A stretch of 64,000 bases of DNA from an uncultured bacterium (GTDB lineage: Bacteria > Bacillota_I > Bacilli_A > Erysipelotrichales > Erysipelotrichaceae). Below the pieces are notes generated by a model. It did no database searches. It worked only from the letters and a program-made list of their open reading frames with translations, and had not been told where the DNA came from. A program made the translations under genes and the position numbers. Each line of letters opens with the position of its first letter. Within the stretch, counting starts at the first letter, position 1. The stretch is taken from positions 19,501 through 83,500 of the forward strand of contig CAINEY010000021.1 of assembly GCA_903847945.1 (NCBI GenBank), in the 5' to 3' direction. Positions 1 to 9,403 of this stretch are shown piece after piece.

Positions 1-1
1 C

Positions 2-226
2 ATCCTGGCTTCGCTCTTGACCGTGCCGCTGATGGCGATTCTGGTGTTTATCGGAATCGTTCTCTATGGGCAATCCGATGTGGTGATTGCGGCGATCGGC
101 GCACTGGTCATCCTCCCGCTCTTAGCCTATTGCCTGTGGAAGAAAGTGCCCTGGGTGTATACCTTGGCTGTCCTCTACGTGGGCATCTTAGGTGTAGTCA
201 TCATGGTGTTTGATGTTCAGATCTAA
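2..226 (+). CDS. C-terminal part of a small multi-pass membrane protein (5' end outside window)
   Basis: The frame is open from the window edge. The translation is hydrophobic (..VFIGIVLYGQSDVVIAAIGALVILPLLAYCLW..) and a hairpin terminator follows directly. Confidence 0.4.
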   Translation: MLASLLTVPLMAILVFIGIVLYGQSDVVIAAIGALVILPLLAYCLWKKVPWVYTLAVLYVGILGVVIMVFDVQI

Positions 227-227
227 G

Positions 228-254
228 AAAAACCATCCGTGAGGATGGTTTTGT
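228..254. terminator. Bidirectional intrinsic terminator between convergent genes
   Basis: AAAACCATCC-GTGA-GGATGGTTTT is a perfect 10-bp stem with A/T runs on both sides. Confidence 0.7.
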
Positions 255-1085
255 TTAGGGTTGATCGTCTTTAAGGATATACTGCACGGCCACACAGCCG
301 GGTCCGCCTTGGGTGATCATGACCGGAGTCAGCGGAAGAAGCTCGATTTCAATCGCCTGGATCCGATTTTGAATCCGTTGGATGAATTGTTGAGCGACGG
401 CTAAGTTTTGAGCGTGGGAGATGTAGATCTTGTGTTTGAAGGAAACTTGTTGAGAAACCATGTGGTCGATGATCGCATCCATGGCTTGTTGCCACGTGCG
501 ACTGACCGCAAACTTCTCCAGTTTCTCCATGCCGGGTTTATGGAACACAATGGGTTTCAGTTTGAGGAATCCGCTCATGAGGGCAGCCATCGGGGATAAG
601 CGTCCGTTGCGTTTCAAGAAATCAAAGTCCACCGGGATCAGGTAAGATTGGCATTCACTCAAGCAGTGTTCCAGACGGGTTTTGATCTCACTTATCGGAT
701 GAGAAGAGGTAAGACGAGCGGCTACTTCTACCAGGTATTGTTGGGTTCCGGCCAAGGTCTTCGAGTTGAAGACGCTCACGTGGTCGTACTCCGGGTTTTG
801 TTGGAGAGCGGCAGCCGAGACATAAGTTGAACTTAGTCCGGAAGTCATCGCAATGTACAGAGCTTCATCCGTGTGCCCAAAGGCTTCCATCACATCGCCA
901 ATGGCGGGTTGTGAGGAATTGGGGACAGCGGTTTGGATCTTAGCGATAAAGTCTTCACTGCTGAGGTCAAAGTAATCGCGGTAGTTCTGACCGCTGACTT
1001 CCACTTGCAGTGGAATCAGGGTCACGTTAAGTTGTTTGGCTTTGTCGATCGGCATCATACTGCCGGAATCGGTAATAATGCGCAT
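255..1085 (-). CDS. DegV family (fatty-acid binding) protein
   Basis: The N-terminus MRIITDSGSMMP..LNVTLIPLQV is typical of DegV. I prefer the ATG at 1085 because AAGGGAG lies 5 nt upstream; the ORF track starts at 1100. Confidence 0.85.
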   Translation of the reverse strand: MRIITDSGSMMPIDKAKQLNVTLIPLQVEVSGQNYRDYFDLSSEDFIAKIQTAVPNSSQPAIGDVMEAFGHTDEALYIAMTSGLSSTYVSAAALQQNPEYDHVSVFNSKTLAGTQQYLVEVAARLTSSHPISEIKTRLEHCLSECQSYLIPVDFDFLKRNGRLSPMAALMSGFLKLKPIVFHKPGMEKLEKFAVSRTWQQAMDAIIDHMVSQQVSFKHKIYISHAQNLAVAQQFIQRIQNRIQAIEIELLPLTPVMITQGGPGCVAVQYILKDDQP

Positions 1086-1169
1086 GGAAGCTCCCTTCAT
1101 GGTGTGCCCCTAGTATAGCACCCAGTGCCCCATTTCGTGTAAGGGGACACCGATTTCACACACTTTGCG

Positions 1170-1763
1170 TCATTCGATGAACGAATCGGCTTTGAGGGAC
1201 TGGATCAGTCCGATGGTCATCCCGATGACCATCTTCGCCATGACCTTGGAGGATTTCCGCATGTCGTCATCCAACCAGCGCTGAACGATCCCGACACACC
1301 CGGTGATCGTAAAGGCATAGACATACTCCGCATCCGCAGCCGAGAGGGACTTGGTCACCCGAAGCTGAGTCGTAATGAGATCATACACTAATCGCATGAC
1401 CCGTTTCTGAAAGCTGAAATCCCCGCGATCACTGAGCAATAAGCGGGTAATGCGCGCATTGTCTCTTAAATAATCGAAGATGTTCTCGGCTTGTTTAAGG
1501 GTGTTGGGATTGGCTGGATCCTGGCTGAGTTGGCTTAAGGAGACGGAGATGTTGGTGTAGAGGTCTTCCTCGATCTGTCGCAACAAGTCATACTGATCGG
1601 CGTAATGGGCGTAGAACGTCGCTCGGTTGATGTCGGCATCGTCGCAGATCTCTTTGATGGTGATGCGCTCGATCGGCTTGCGTTCCAGAAGGGCAATCAA
1701 GCTCTCGCGTAAGACCATCTTGGTGTATTTGATGCGGCGGTCAGTGGATGGTTTAGTCGTCAT
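1170..1763 (-). CDS. TetR/AcrR family transcriptional regulator (DhaS-like subgroup)
   Basis: HTH region ITIKEICDDADINRATFYAHYADQYDLL; AAAGGAG RBS. Confidence 0.85.
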   Translation of the reverse strand: MTTKPSTDRRIKYTKMVLRESLIALLERKPIERITIKEICDDADINRATFYAHYADQYDLLRQIEEDLYTNISVSLSQLSQDPANPNTLKQAENIFDYLRDNARITRLLLSDRGDFSFQKRVMRLVYDLITTQLRVTKSLSAADAEYVYAFTITGCVGIVQRWLDDDMRKSSKVMAKMVIGMTIGLIQSLKADSFIE

Positions 1764-1886
1764 GTGCGCTCCTTTTGTTGCTTGGTCAACACGAGGTCTG
1801 TCTCGTGAAGCCTAAACAACACTTTTATGGAATCTGTCGGTTGTCATTCGACACACTGTTAATATACGATAAGGATGACAATAACA

Positions 1887-1899
1887 CAACACAGTGTTG
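1887..1899. promoter_or_regulatory. Candidate TetR operator, a perfect 6-1-6 palindrome
   Basis: CAACAC-A-GTGTTG lies 3 nt upstream of the AAGGAG RBS of the MMPL gene, in the divergent TetR/MMPL intergenic region. Confidence 0.45.
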
Positions 1900-1912
1900 A
1901 TTAAGGAGTTGT

Positions 1913-3988
1913 ATGCTGGATCGATTAACACGTCTGACTATCCGAGCCCGTCGGCTCATTTTGATTCTCTTCATGATCGGGGCCATCGTCGGTGTCTTTT
2001 TCTCTGGACTGGTGGACATCAACTACAAGCTGGTGGATTACTTGCCTCAAGAAGCTCCATCGACCCAAGGCTTGGAACTCATGAAACAAGAGTTTGGATC
2101 GAGTCTCCCCAATGCCCGGGTCATGCTGGAAGAGGTCTCGATCCAGGACGCCTTAGCCATCAAAGCCCAGCTGGAAGCCATCGATGGAGTCAGTCATGTC
2201 GTATGGCTGGATGACGTTATCGGACTCAGTACCTTAACCAGTGTTCCCTTGGAGTTTCTGGATCCTGCGGTGATTGAACCCTACTATCGGGATTCCACCG
2301 CGTTGATCTCCCTCACGATCAAAGCCGGACAAGAGAAGGAAACCGCAGCGGCGATCTATGCGATCATCGGTTCAACCAATGCCGCGGATGGGGAAGCCTT
2401 CAGTGCCGCAGAAACCCAATCGATGTCTGTTTCGGAAGTCGTCAATGCGATGATGATTCTAGTACCTATCATCATTGTCATTTTACTGTTGAGTACAATG
2501 TCGTGGATCGAACCGCTCTTCTTCATGATCACCATCGGTTTAGCGATCCTGTTGAATATGGGCACCAACGTCATCTTTGAGAACGTGTCGTTCATTACGC
2601 GAACCGTCAGCCCGGTGCTTCAGTTGGCGGTCTCCTTGGATTACGCCATCTTCCTCTTGCACAGTTTCAACGATCATCGCTTGGAACACGATCCCAAGAC
2701 CGCCATGCGTTTAGCCATGAAACAATCCTTTCCAACCGTAGCCGCCAGTGCGGTAACCACGCTGATCGGGTTTGCGGCGCTGGTCTTCATGAGGTTTGGG
2801 ATCGGAGCTGATCTGGGTTTAAATCTCCTCAAAGGGGTCGCTCTCAGTTTTATCTCTGTGATGTTCTTCTTGCCGGCCCTAACGCTCATGGCTTATCCGC
2901 TGATCGATAAAACCAAACACAAGTCTTTCTTGCCTTCCTTGAAAGGCACCAGTCGTGTTCTCATGGCGATCCGGATTCCGTTTTTGATCCTGGCGTTACT
3001 GATCGTGGTTCCGGCGTATCTGGCTCAAGCCCAAACTCAGTTTGATTACGGAATGGGTTCAGTCACTGAAGCTTCTCGAGTGGGTTCGGATGCGAAAGCC
3101 ATTGAAGCTGCCTTTGGGAAAGATAATCCGTTGATCTTGTTGGTTCCTCGCGGTAATCCCGGTGAAGAAACAGCGTTGGTGGAAGAACTGAGTACGCTCA
3201 GTGTAGTCGATCGGGTGGTCGCCTATGTCAATGTGGTGGGCAGTGCTGTACCGGTTGAACTGATAGATCCGGCGGTCTTGGAACAGTTCTACTCCGACTC
3301 GACCGCCCGCATCATTGTTTACCTTAACACTCCGGATGAAGGCGATAAGGCCTTTGATGCCGTTGAAACCATCGGATCCTTAACGGAAGCCCGTTATCCA
3401 ACCTATGCCATGACGGGAACCAGCGCGACCCTCAAAGACATGCGCGATGTGGTCTCCAGCGATACGGCGTTAGTGAACCTGATTGCGATTGTGGGGATCT
3501 TCCTGACGCTGCTAGTGACCTTCAGATCGTTACTCTTGCCGGTGGTGTTGATCTTTACGATCGAAACGGCCATCTGGATCAATCTGTCCTTTCCGTACTT
3601 TACCGATACGTCGATCAGCTTTATCGGTTACCTCATCTTAAGTACCGTCCAATTGGGAGCTACTGTGGACTACGCGATCCTCATTACCAACATGTATCTG
3701 GATAACCGCAAACAAGCCCCCAAGAAACTGGCTATGCGTCAAACCTTGGAAAACAACCTGATCTCCGTGTTGGTGTCCGGAGCGATCTTGTCGACGGCTG
3801 GATTCATCCTGGCGTGGACATCAACTAACCCGATCATTCAAGAATTAGGGACCTTGTTGGGACGAGGGACCTTACTGTCCATGGGGATGGTGTCCTTGGT
3901 CTTGCCGGCTCTTCTCGTCCTCTTGGATAAACCCATTCAAAAAACAACCCATCGTCACGGCTTTCACCCCGAAGACATCAAGGAGTAA
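1913..3988 (+). CDS. MMPL/RND-superfamily membrane transporter
   Basis: 691 aa with two blocks of about 6 TM helices separated by large extracytoplasmic loops. The layout and motifs are MMPL-like (e.g. LQLAVSLDYAIFLL, VQLGATVDYAILI). Confidence 0.85.
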   Translation: MLDRLTRLTIRARRLILILFMIGAIVGVFFSGLVDINYKLVDYLPQEAPSTQGLELMKQEFGSSLPNARVMLEEVSIQDALAIKAQLEAIDGVSHVVWLDDVIGLSTLTSVPLEFLDPAVIEPYYRDSTALISLTIKAGQEKETAAAIYAIIGSTNAADGEAFSAAETQSMSVSEVVNAMMILVPIIIVILLLSTMSWIEPLFFMITIGLAILLNMGTNVIFENVSFITRTVSPVLQLAVSLDYAIFLLHSFNDHRLEHDPKTAMRLAMKQSFPTVAASAVTTLIGFAALVFMRFGIGADLGLNLLKGVALSFISVMFFLPALTLMAYPLIDKTKHKSFLPSLKGTSRVLMAIRIPFLILALLIVVPAYLAQAQTQFDYGMGSVTEASRVGSDAKAIEAAFGKDNPLILLVPRGNPGEETALVEELSTLSVVDRVVAYVNVVGSAVPVELIDPAVLEQFYSDSTARIIVYLNTPDEGDKAFDAVETIGSLTEARYPTYAMTGTSATLKDMRDVVSSDTALVNLIAIVGIFLTLLVTFRSLLLPVVLIFTIETAIWINLSFPYFTDTSISFIGYLILSTVQLGATVDYAILITNMYLDNRKQAPKKLAMRQTLENNLISVLVSGAILSTAGFILAWTSTNPIIQELGTLLGRGTLLSMGMVSLVLPALLVLLDKPIQKTTHRHGFHPEDIKE

Positions 3989-3989
3989 T

Positions 3990-5525
3990 ATGAAAAAGCT
4001 CACCTTATTGATTCTGATGGTTATGGCTCTTCTCGCTCAACCCTTATCGATTCATGCGGAAGAAACCACAACCCCTAAAACGGAAGTGATTTATGGCTTA
4101 CTGGATCCCAACGGCAACGTCAAAGCCGTGCATGTGGTCAACGTGTACACCGAATCGACGATCTTGGATTACGGGGATTACCGTCAGCTGATCAACCTCA
4201 GCAGTAACGATCCGATCACGTTAAACGGTGATCAGATCCAGGGTCAAACCACCACGCTGCCGCTCTACGTCCAAGGAACCCTGAATTCCACGGTCTTACC
4301 GTGGACGATCACGATCCGCTACTTCTTGGATGGCACAGAAGTGACTCCCGTCAACTTGGCCGGCAAGAGCGGACGACTGATGATCACCATCAGTGTTGTG
4401 CCTAATGCTGAAGCTAACCCGACCTTTGCGGCCAATATGGCCCTCCAAGTCGGAGTGACTTTGGATCAGCATCATGCCACGGACATCGTCAGTGTCAATG
4501 CGACCCTCGCTCAGGCCGCGGCTTCCACCCAACTCACTTACACGGTATTACCCGGGAAAAGTCTTGAAACGGCGATTGAAGCGACAATAAACGATTTCCG
4601 CATGGATGCGATCTCCCTCAACGGCATACGCATGGCCATGAGTTTTGACATCGATCCTTCCGCGCTGACCGAACAACTAAGTGCGTTGTCGGTGGCAATC
4701 GCTGACTTGGATGATGGCGCTCAAGAATTGTTGAGTGGCATCCAAGCCATTGAATCCGGTTTTACGTCGTACGTGAATGGTTTGGCTCAGTTTGAAGCCG
4801 GGATGGCTCAACTGGCTCTCAGTATGGGCCAACTCGACTCTGGAGCTTTAGCGCTGAGTGACGGACTAAATACCCTCATCGAACAGAATGCGACCTTACT
4901 GGGTGGAGCACTTGCCATCCAACAAGCCACCTTTGATGCGGTCAATGCGAGTTTGGCCGGCAGTGGAATACCAATCTTAACCCCGGAGAACTATGTTGCG
5001 ATCCTCACTGGGAATGAGCCCTTGGCTGCAGTCAAAGCCCAGCTCGATGGAGCTGTTGGGTTTACTCAAGGTCTGGAAGCCTATTTGGACGGCGTAACGC
5101 AGTTGGCACTTGGAGCTCAAGGGGTTTCCGATGGTTTAGCTCAAGTCAATGCGGCCAATCAGGTGTTGGCTCAAACGGCAACCACCCTCTACCAATCCGC
5201 CCAACAATTGAGCGGTGCTATTACGCAGCTGCGTCAAGGCTTAGCGGCGTATAAGAAGGGAACCGGTCAGTTTGAAGGCGAAACCGCGAACTTGGATGAA
5301 CGTTTAAATGACGAGATCACCGCCATGATCGATGAGATCTCCGGAAACGGCGATCCGGTCCAATCCTTCGTCTCCCAGAAGAACACGGGGATTACCGCGG
5401 TTCAATTCGTGTTGCGTACCTCCGCTATTGAACTCCCCAAAGCCGAGATTCCCGATGACCCTGAACCGGTCAAACGCAGTTTCTGGGAGAAGCTCTGGGA
5501 CTTGTTGACGGGCTGGTTCAACTAA
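3990..5525 (+). CDS. Exported heptad-repeat (X-X-X-Leu-X-X-Gly, YhgE/Pip-like) protein
   Basis: Signal peptide MKKLTLLILMVMALLAQPLSIHA. Central repeats DDGAQELLSGIQAIESGFTSYVNGLAQFEAGMAQLALSMGQLDSGALALSDGLNTL. The start is 1 nt after the MMPL stop. Confidence 0.6.
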   Translation: MKKLTLLILMVMALLAQPLSIHAEETTTPKTEVIYGLLDPNGNVKAVHVVNVYTESTILDYGDYRQLINLSSNDPITLNGDQIQGQTTTLPLYVQGTLNSTVLPWTITIRYFLDGTEVTPVNLAGKSGRLMITISVVPNAEANPTFAANMALQVGVTLDQHHATDIVSVNATLAQAAASTQLTYTVLPGKSLETAIEATINDFRMDAISLNGIRMAMSFDIDPSALTEQLSALSVAIADLDDGAQELLSGIQAIESGFTSYVNGLAQFEAGMAQLALSMGQLDSGALALSDGLNTLIEQNATLLGGALAIQQATFDAVNASLAGSGIPILTPENYVAILTGNEPLAAVKAQLDGAVGFTQGLEAYLDGVTQLALGAQGVSDGLAQVNAANQVLAQTATTLYQSAQQLSGAITQLRQGLAAYKKGTGQFEGETANLDERLNDEITAMIDEISGNGDPVQSFVSQKNTGITAVQFVLRTSAIELPKAEIPDDPEPVKRSFWEKLWDLLTGWFN

Positions 5526-5532
5526 GCCTTTA

Positions 5533-5557
5533 CCACACCGAGTCGGTGTGGTTTTTT
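5533..5557 (+). terminator. Intrinsic terminator
   Basis: CCACACCG-AGT-CGGTGTGG followed by TTTTTT. Confidence 0.75.
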
Positions 5558-5596
5558 CTTTCATGGGGAATGTGCTACACTGGGGGCAAGAGCACT

Positions 5597-5878
5597 ATGA
5601 CCGATCTCATCCGCCAACATCTGATCTTTGAAGGAGCCGTTCAAAACGTAGGTTTTCGTTACGAGATGACCCGTTTGGCCAATCTTTACGGCGTGACCGG
5701 ATGGGTGAAGAACCTTGACGACGGAAGGGTGGAAGCGCAAGTTCAAGGCACATCCACAGCGATCCAAGCCGTGATCGATGCCCTCTACGCGATCCAACAC
5801 ATCCACATTACGACCTTGTTTCGCTCTTCGTTGACTCCAATTCCCGGTGAAACCTTGTTTATAACGCATTATTATTAA
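5597..5878 (+). CDS. acyP: Acylphosphatase
   Basis: Signature GAVQNVGFRYEMTRLANLYGVTGWVKNLDDGRVEAQVQG. I use the start at the internal ATG 5597. Confidence 0.8.
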   Translation: MTDLIRQHLIFEGAVQNVGFRYEMTRLANLYGVTGWVKNLDDGRVEAQVQGTSTAIQAVIDALYAIQHIHITTLFRSSLTPIPGETLFITHYY

Positions 5879-5961
5879 AAAGTGATGTGCATCACATTCA
5901 TCGAAGAAGCGCTGCGTTAAGGTAGAGGTACCAGGAATCTGAGTATTCCCAGGAGGTGTGT

Positions 5962-6663
5962 ATGAAACGATTTACAACGACTGACCGCATTGGGGATATT
6001 GTGGTGGCCTTACCGAAATCTGCCGAACTCTTCCAACACTATCGCATTGATTATTGTTGCGGGGGTGATCGTTCGCTTCAAGCAGCCCTCGATGAGCTCC
6101 ACTTGCCTTCAACGGTGACGGATGAGCTCAATGCCTTGGCTCGATCCATCTCCGATCGTGGAGACGATTGGCAAGCCCTGACACCGCCGCAACTAGTGGA
6201 TCACATTGTCATGACTCACCATGCCTTCCTGTGGGCCAATTTACCCAAGCTCAGTGAACTGACGACGACGATCTTGCGCGTTCATGGGGCCAATCATCCG
6301 GAACTCAAGACACTGCACAGTTTAGTCGGAGCACTCAAGACGGAACTCGAAGGGCACTTGGTCAAGGAAGAAACGGTCCAGTATCCGGCCATCGAAGCCT
6401 ACTTCAAGGATCCTTCTCCGGAAACGTTAAAACCGGCTTTGGACGTCATTCGGGAATTGGAAGCAGAACACGTCGCAGCCGGCAATATCCTCAAACAGAT
6501 CCGTGAACTGACTCATGACTTTACGGTACCTGAGGATGGCTGTGGAACGTATCGTAAGACTTATGCCTTACTCGAAGCCACCGAGAAAGACATCTTCCAG
6601 CACATCCACTTGGAGAACAACCTGTTGTTCCCGCAACTGGCTAATCTGCATTCCGCACTCTAA
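5962..6663 (+). CDS. scdA: Iron-sulfur cluster repair di-iron protein (RIC; ScdA/YtfE family)
   Basis: IDYCCGGDRSL at the N-terminus and hemerythrin-like His/Glu motifs (HGANHPEL, LEGHLVKEE, EAEHVAAG, HIHLENNLLF). AGGAGG lies 6 nt upstream of ATG 5962. Confidence 0.85.
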   Translation: MKRFTTTDRIGDIVVALPKSAELFQHYRIDYCCGGDRSLQAALDELHLPSTVTDELNALARSISDRGDDWQALTPPQLVDHIVMTHHAFLWANLPKLSELTTTILRVHGANHPELKTLHSLVGALKTELEGHLVKEETVQYPAIEAYFKDPSPETLKPALDVIRELEAEHVAAGNILKQIRELTHDFTVPEDGCGTYRKTYALLEATEKDIFQHIHLENNLLFPQLANLHSAL

Positions 6664-6685
6664 CCGCCTTCGGGCGGTTTTTTCT
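6662..6685 (+). terminator. Intrinsic terminator
   Basis: AACCGCC-TTCG-GGCGGTT followed by a T-run. Confidence 0.75.
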
Positions 6686-6713
6686 TGTACAATGAAATCA
6701 CTGAGGTGAAGCT

Positions 6714-7901
6714 ATGAAGTGGAATCAAGCAATCGATCGAACCGGAACCGGTTCATACAAATGGGACAGTATGGCTAAACGCTTGGGTGAACAGACTCAA
6801 GGTGTCTATCCTTTCTCCGTGGCGGACAATGATTTACCCGTAGCGAAAGAACTGCGCAAGGGACTTGTGCAGCATCTTCAAACGGCAGTACTGGGATATA
6901 CCGGAATGACCGCTTCCTACAAGCACGCGGTGGTCGATTGGATGAAAAGCCGTCATGACTGGACGATCGATCCGTCATGGATTGTCACTTCGCCTGGAGT
7001 TGTTACGGCTCTCTATCGGTGTGTCAAAGCCTTCACGCAACCCGGTGAGGGCATCGTGATCCAGACTCCGGTGTATCCTCCGTTCTTTCACGCCATCGAG
7101 GATTCAGGGCGACGTGTGGTTTCCAATCCGTTGATTGCCAACAACGCATCCTACACGATGGACTTTGATGATCTGGAGTCGAAACTCGCGGATCCCCACA
7201 CGTCGATGATGATTCTTTGTTCCCCACACAATCCGGTCGGACGTGTGTGGAAGACGGATGAACTCAATCGGGTGTTGCAGTTGTGTCGACAATATGACGT
7301 CGTCCTGGTCTCGGATGAGATCCACTTCGATCTGGTCCGTCCCGGATTTAGTCACACTGTCGCGGCCAGTCTTTCGGAATCCAAAGGCGGTTCACTAATC
7401 ACCCTGACCGCTCCCAGCAAGACCTTCAACATCGCCGGACTTCAGTGTGCCAACATCCTCATCGAAGATCCGGTGTTGCGTCAACGCTTCATCGATGAAG
7501 GATCTAAGGACGGCTCTCACGGAATCAATGCCTTGGGATTGGCGGCTTGTGAGATCGCGTATACCCGGTGTGAGCCGTGGTTGAATGAGTTCTTATCGCT
7601 GATTGACGCCAATCATCGCACCGTGGTGGAGTTCATGGCTTTGCATTGTCCGCAAATCATCGTAACACCTCTGGAAGGAACCTATCTCCAGTGGTTGAAT
7701 TTCCGTGCCCTAGGTTTATCGGATCCGGAACTGGAACAGTTCCTGGTCGAAAAGGCTCAGTTGGTGTTGACTCCCGGGATCGATTTTGGTCCGGAAGGCA
7801 GCGGGTTTATGCGCATGAATCTGGGGTGTATGCCTCAGGTCCTGCAGGAAGGACTTGTGCGATTGGCTAAAGCAGTCAACGCACGACTGACCTGTTTGTG
7901 A
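6714..7901 (+). CDS. PLP-dependent C-S lyase / aminotransferase class I-II (PatB/MalY type cystathionine beta-lyase)
   Basis: N-terminus NQAIDRTGTGSYKWD; SDEIHFDLV; the PSKTFNIAG lysine motif. Confidence 0.85.
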   Translation: MKWNQAIDRTGTGSYKWDSMAKRLGEQTQGVYPFSVADNDLPVAKELRKGLVQHLQTAVLGYTGMTASYKHAVVDWMKSRHDWTIDPSWIVTSPGVVTALYRCVKAFTQPGEGIVIQTPVYPPFFHAIEDSGRRVVSNPLIANNASYTMDFDDLESKLADPHTSMMILCSPHNPVGRVWKTDELNRVLQLCRQYDVVLVSDEIHFDLVRPGFSHTVAASLSESKGGSLITLTAPSKTFNIAGLQCANILIEDPVLRQRFIDEGSKDGSHGINALGLAACEIAYTRCEPWLNEFLSLIDANHRTVVEFMALHCPQIIVTPLEGTYLQWLNFRALGLSDPELEQFLVEKAQLVLTPGIDFGPEGSGFMRMNLGCMPQVLQEGLVRLAKAVNARLTCL

Positions 7902-7903
7902 AC

Positions 7904-7929
7904 ACAACGGACAATAGTCCGTTGTTTTG
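7904..7929 (+). terminator. Intrinsic terminator
   Basis: ACAACGGAC-AATA-GTCCGTTGT followed by TTTT. Confidence 0.7.
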
Positions 7930-8026
7930 TTGAATATGTATCGGTTATCCCTTAAAAGAAACAAATCGTGCCGAAATTGATGAATATTATCCTCAAATTG
8001 CCTACGATTTGGGGTAAAATGGCGCT

Positions 8027-9403
8027 ATGTCCGACACGTCGTCAAAACCGCACTTCTTATCTCAACCGCATCAGGACTTGGCTGCGATAACTCCCAAGAC
8101 TTTGCGCTTGCTCGATCAACTGCTTCCCGACATCAAACTGGTGATTTTTAACGGACGATCGATCATCGTGGATGAGGCTTTTGACGTGGCGTTCAATGCG
8201 TCCGAACGCGATGCGGTATTGCGGTATTTGACCCAAACCATCCTTGAACGGACCACCGATGAGTTTGATGCGTTGATTGCGGAAGCCAAAACGACCCGGG
8301 TCATCCACGTCACTTGCGTTCGGGTTACCTTCCGAAAAAAACCAGCCATCTTAGCCCTTCTCAACGATAAGACGGAGCACTATCACGGGATCTCTGACGA
8401 GGATCGTTTACACAAACTCCAAGAAGCCATCATTCGCATCAACACCTCAGCTTTAGTGGGGGATGATCTGCGCAAGACCTTGGATCTGATCCTCAGTGGA
8501 GCCGTTTTGGCGTTCCCCAAAGCCGGATTGGGAACGATTTTTACCCTCAACGGAGATCATTTTGAAGTGGTCAGTTCGATTGGCTATGACGAAGAGATCA
8601 AACGGTTCAAACTGCCGGTCGACAAGTCGTTTCTGTATTGGGAAACGGATGGAGCCATGGATCGCATCGCAATCGTCAACGACATCCAACAGCGTTATAA
8701 CTTTATTCCGGTCAAGACCATGATTGGGGATGAGACGTACCTGCACAGCTGCATGGTGGCTCCGCTCTTTTACCACAATAAACTCTACGGGATGATGAGT
8801 ATTGATTCGCTTCAACCTGATGCCTTTAGTCGTAGTGATATCGCAACGATGGAGTTTATCCGCAACAATGTCCAAATTGCCATCACGAATCAACTCACCT
8901 TTATCGAAAAATCCCGTCAGGCTTTAACGGATGCCTTAACGGGTTTGCATAACCGGCATTATCTCACCGAACAGCTCAACTTCGTCTTTGAGAAAGCCAA
9001 ACGCTTTGACGAGACATTCTGTCTGGCCGTGATCGATATCGACGATTTGAAGAAGACCAACGATCAGCACGGTCACTTGATGGGGGATCAGGTCATTCGG
9101 GTTTTAGGCTTGGCCTTGCGACAGACCTTGCGTCACAGCGACCTTTTGGTGCGTTATGGCGGAGATGAGTTCGTCGCCGTGTGTTTCACGGCCCATGCCG
9201 ATCAGCTTCAACTTCGCTTCAATGCGTTGGCTAAACAACTTCAGGACAGTCCCTTGCACAGTGATGAAGGAGATGTGATGATTCGATTCACGGTCGGAAT
9301 CGCTGTCTATCCGATCGATGCGACGACCCCGGAAGCCTTGATTGCTTTGGCGGATCAGCGCATGTATGCCCATAAACATCAACCGGGAGGGTCACATGAA
9401 TAG
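8027..9403 (+). CDS. Diguanylate cyclase with a GAF-like sensor and an intact GGDEF domain
   Basis: LTGLHNRHYL..VIDIDDLKKTNDQHGHLMGDQV..RYGGDEFVAV. All catalytic motifs are intact. Confidence 0.85.
   Translation: MSDTSSKPHFLSQPHQDLAAITPKTLRLLDQLLPDIKLVIFNGRSIIVDEAFDVAFNASERDAVLRYLTQTILERTTDEFDALIAEAKTTRVIHVTCVRVTFRKKPAILALLNDKTEHYHGISDEDRLHKLQEAIIRINTSALVGDDLRKTLDLILSGAVLAFPKAGLGTIFTLNGDHFEVVSSIGYDEEIKRFKLPVDKSFLYWETDGAMDRIAIVNDIQQRYNFIPVKTMIGDETYLHSCMVAPLFYHNKLYGMMSIDSLQPDAFSRSDIATMEFIRNNVQIAITNQLTFIEKSRQALTDALTGLHNRHYLTEQLNFVFEKAKRFDETFCLAVIDIDDLKKTNDQHGHLMGDQVIRVLGLALRQTLRHSDLLVRYGGDEFVAVCFTAHADQLQLRFNALAKQLQDSPLHSDEGDVMIRFTVGIAVYPIDATTPEALIALADQRMYAHKHQPGGSHE

Noticed and set aside
9342-9395. 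The ORF track shows N-terminal extensions of several ORFs: 9342 for the HD-GYP protein, 12680 for the sulfotransferase, 19091 for the FMN reductase, 21827 for the ABC ATPase, 33098, 35465, 44867, 45573, 59870 and 61101.
   Set aside because: In most of these cases an internal ATG has a canonical SD 5-9 nt upstream and/or a 4-8-nt coupling overlap with the preceding stop. At 59870 the preferred ATG 59828 has no SD and rests on the TATAAT box 6 nt upstream. At 35465 the preferred ATG 35327 rests on proximity to the upstream stop. The extensions also overlap upstream genes or promoter boxes.
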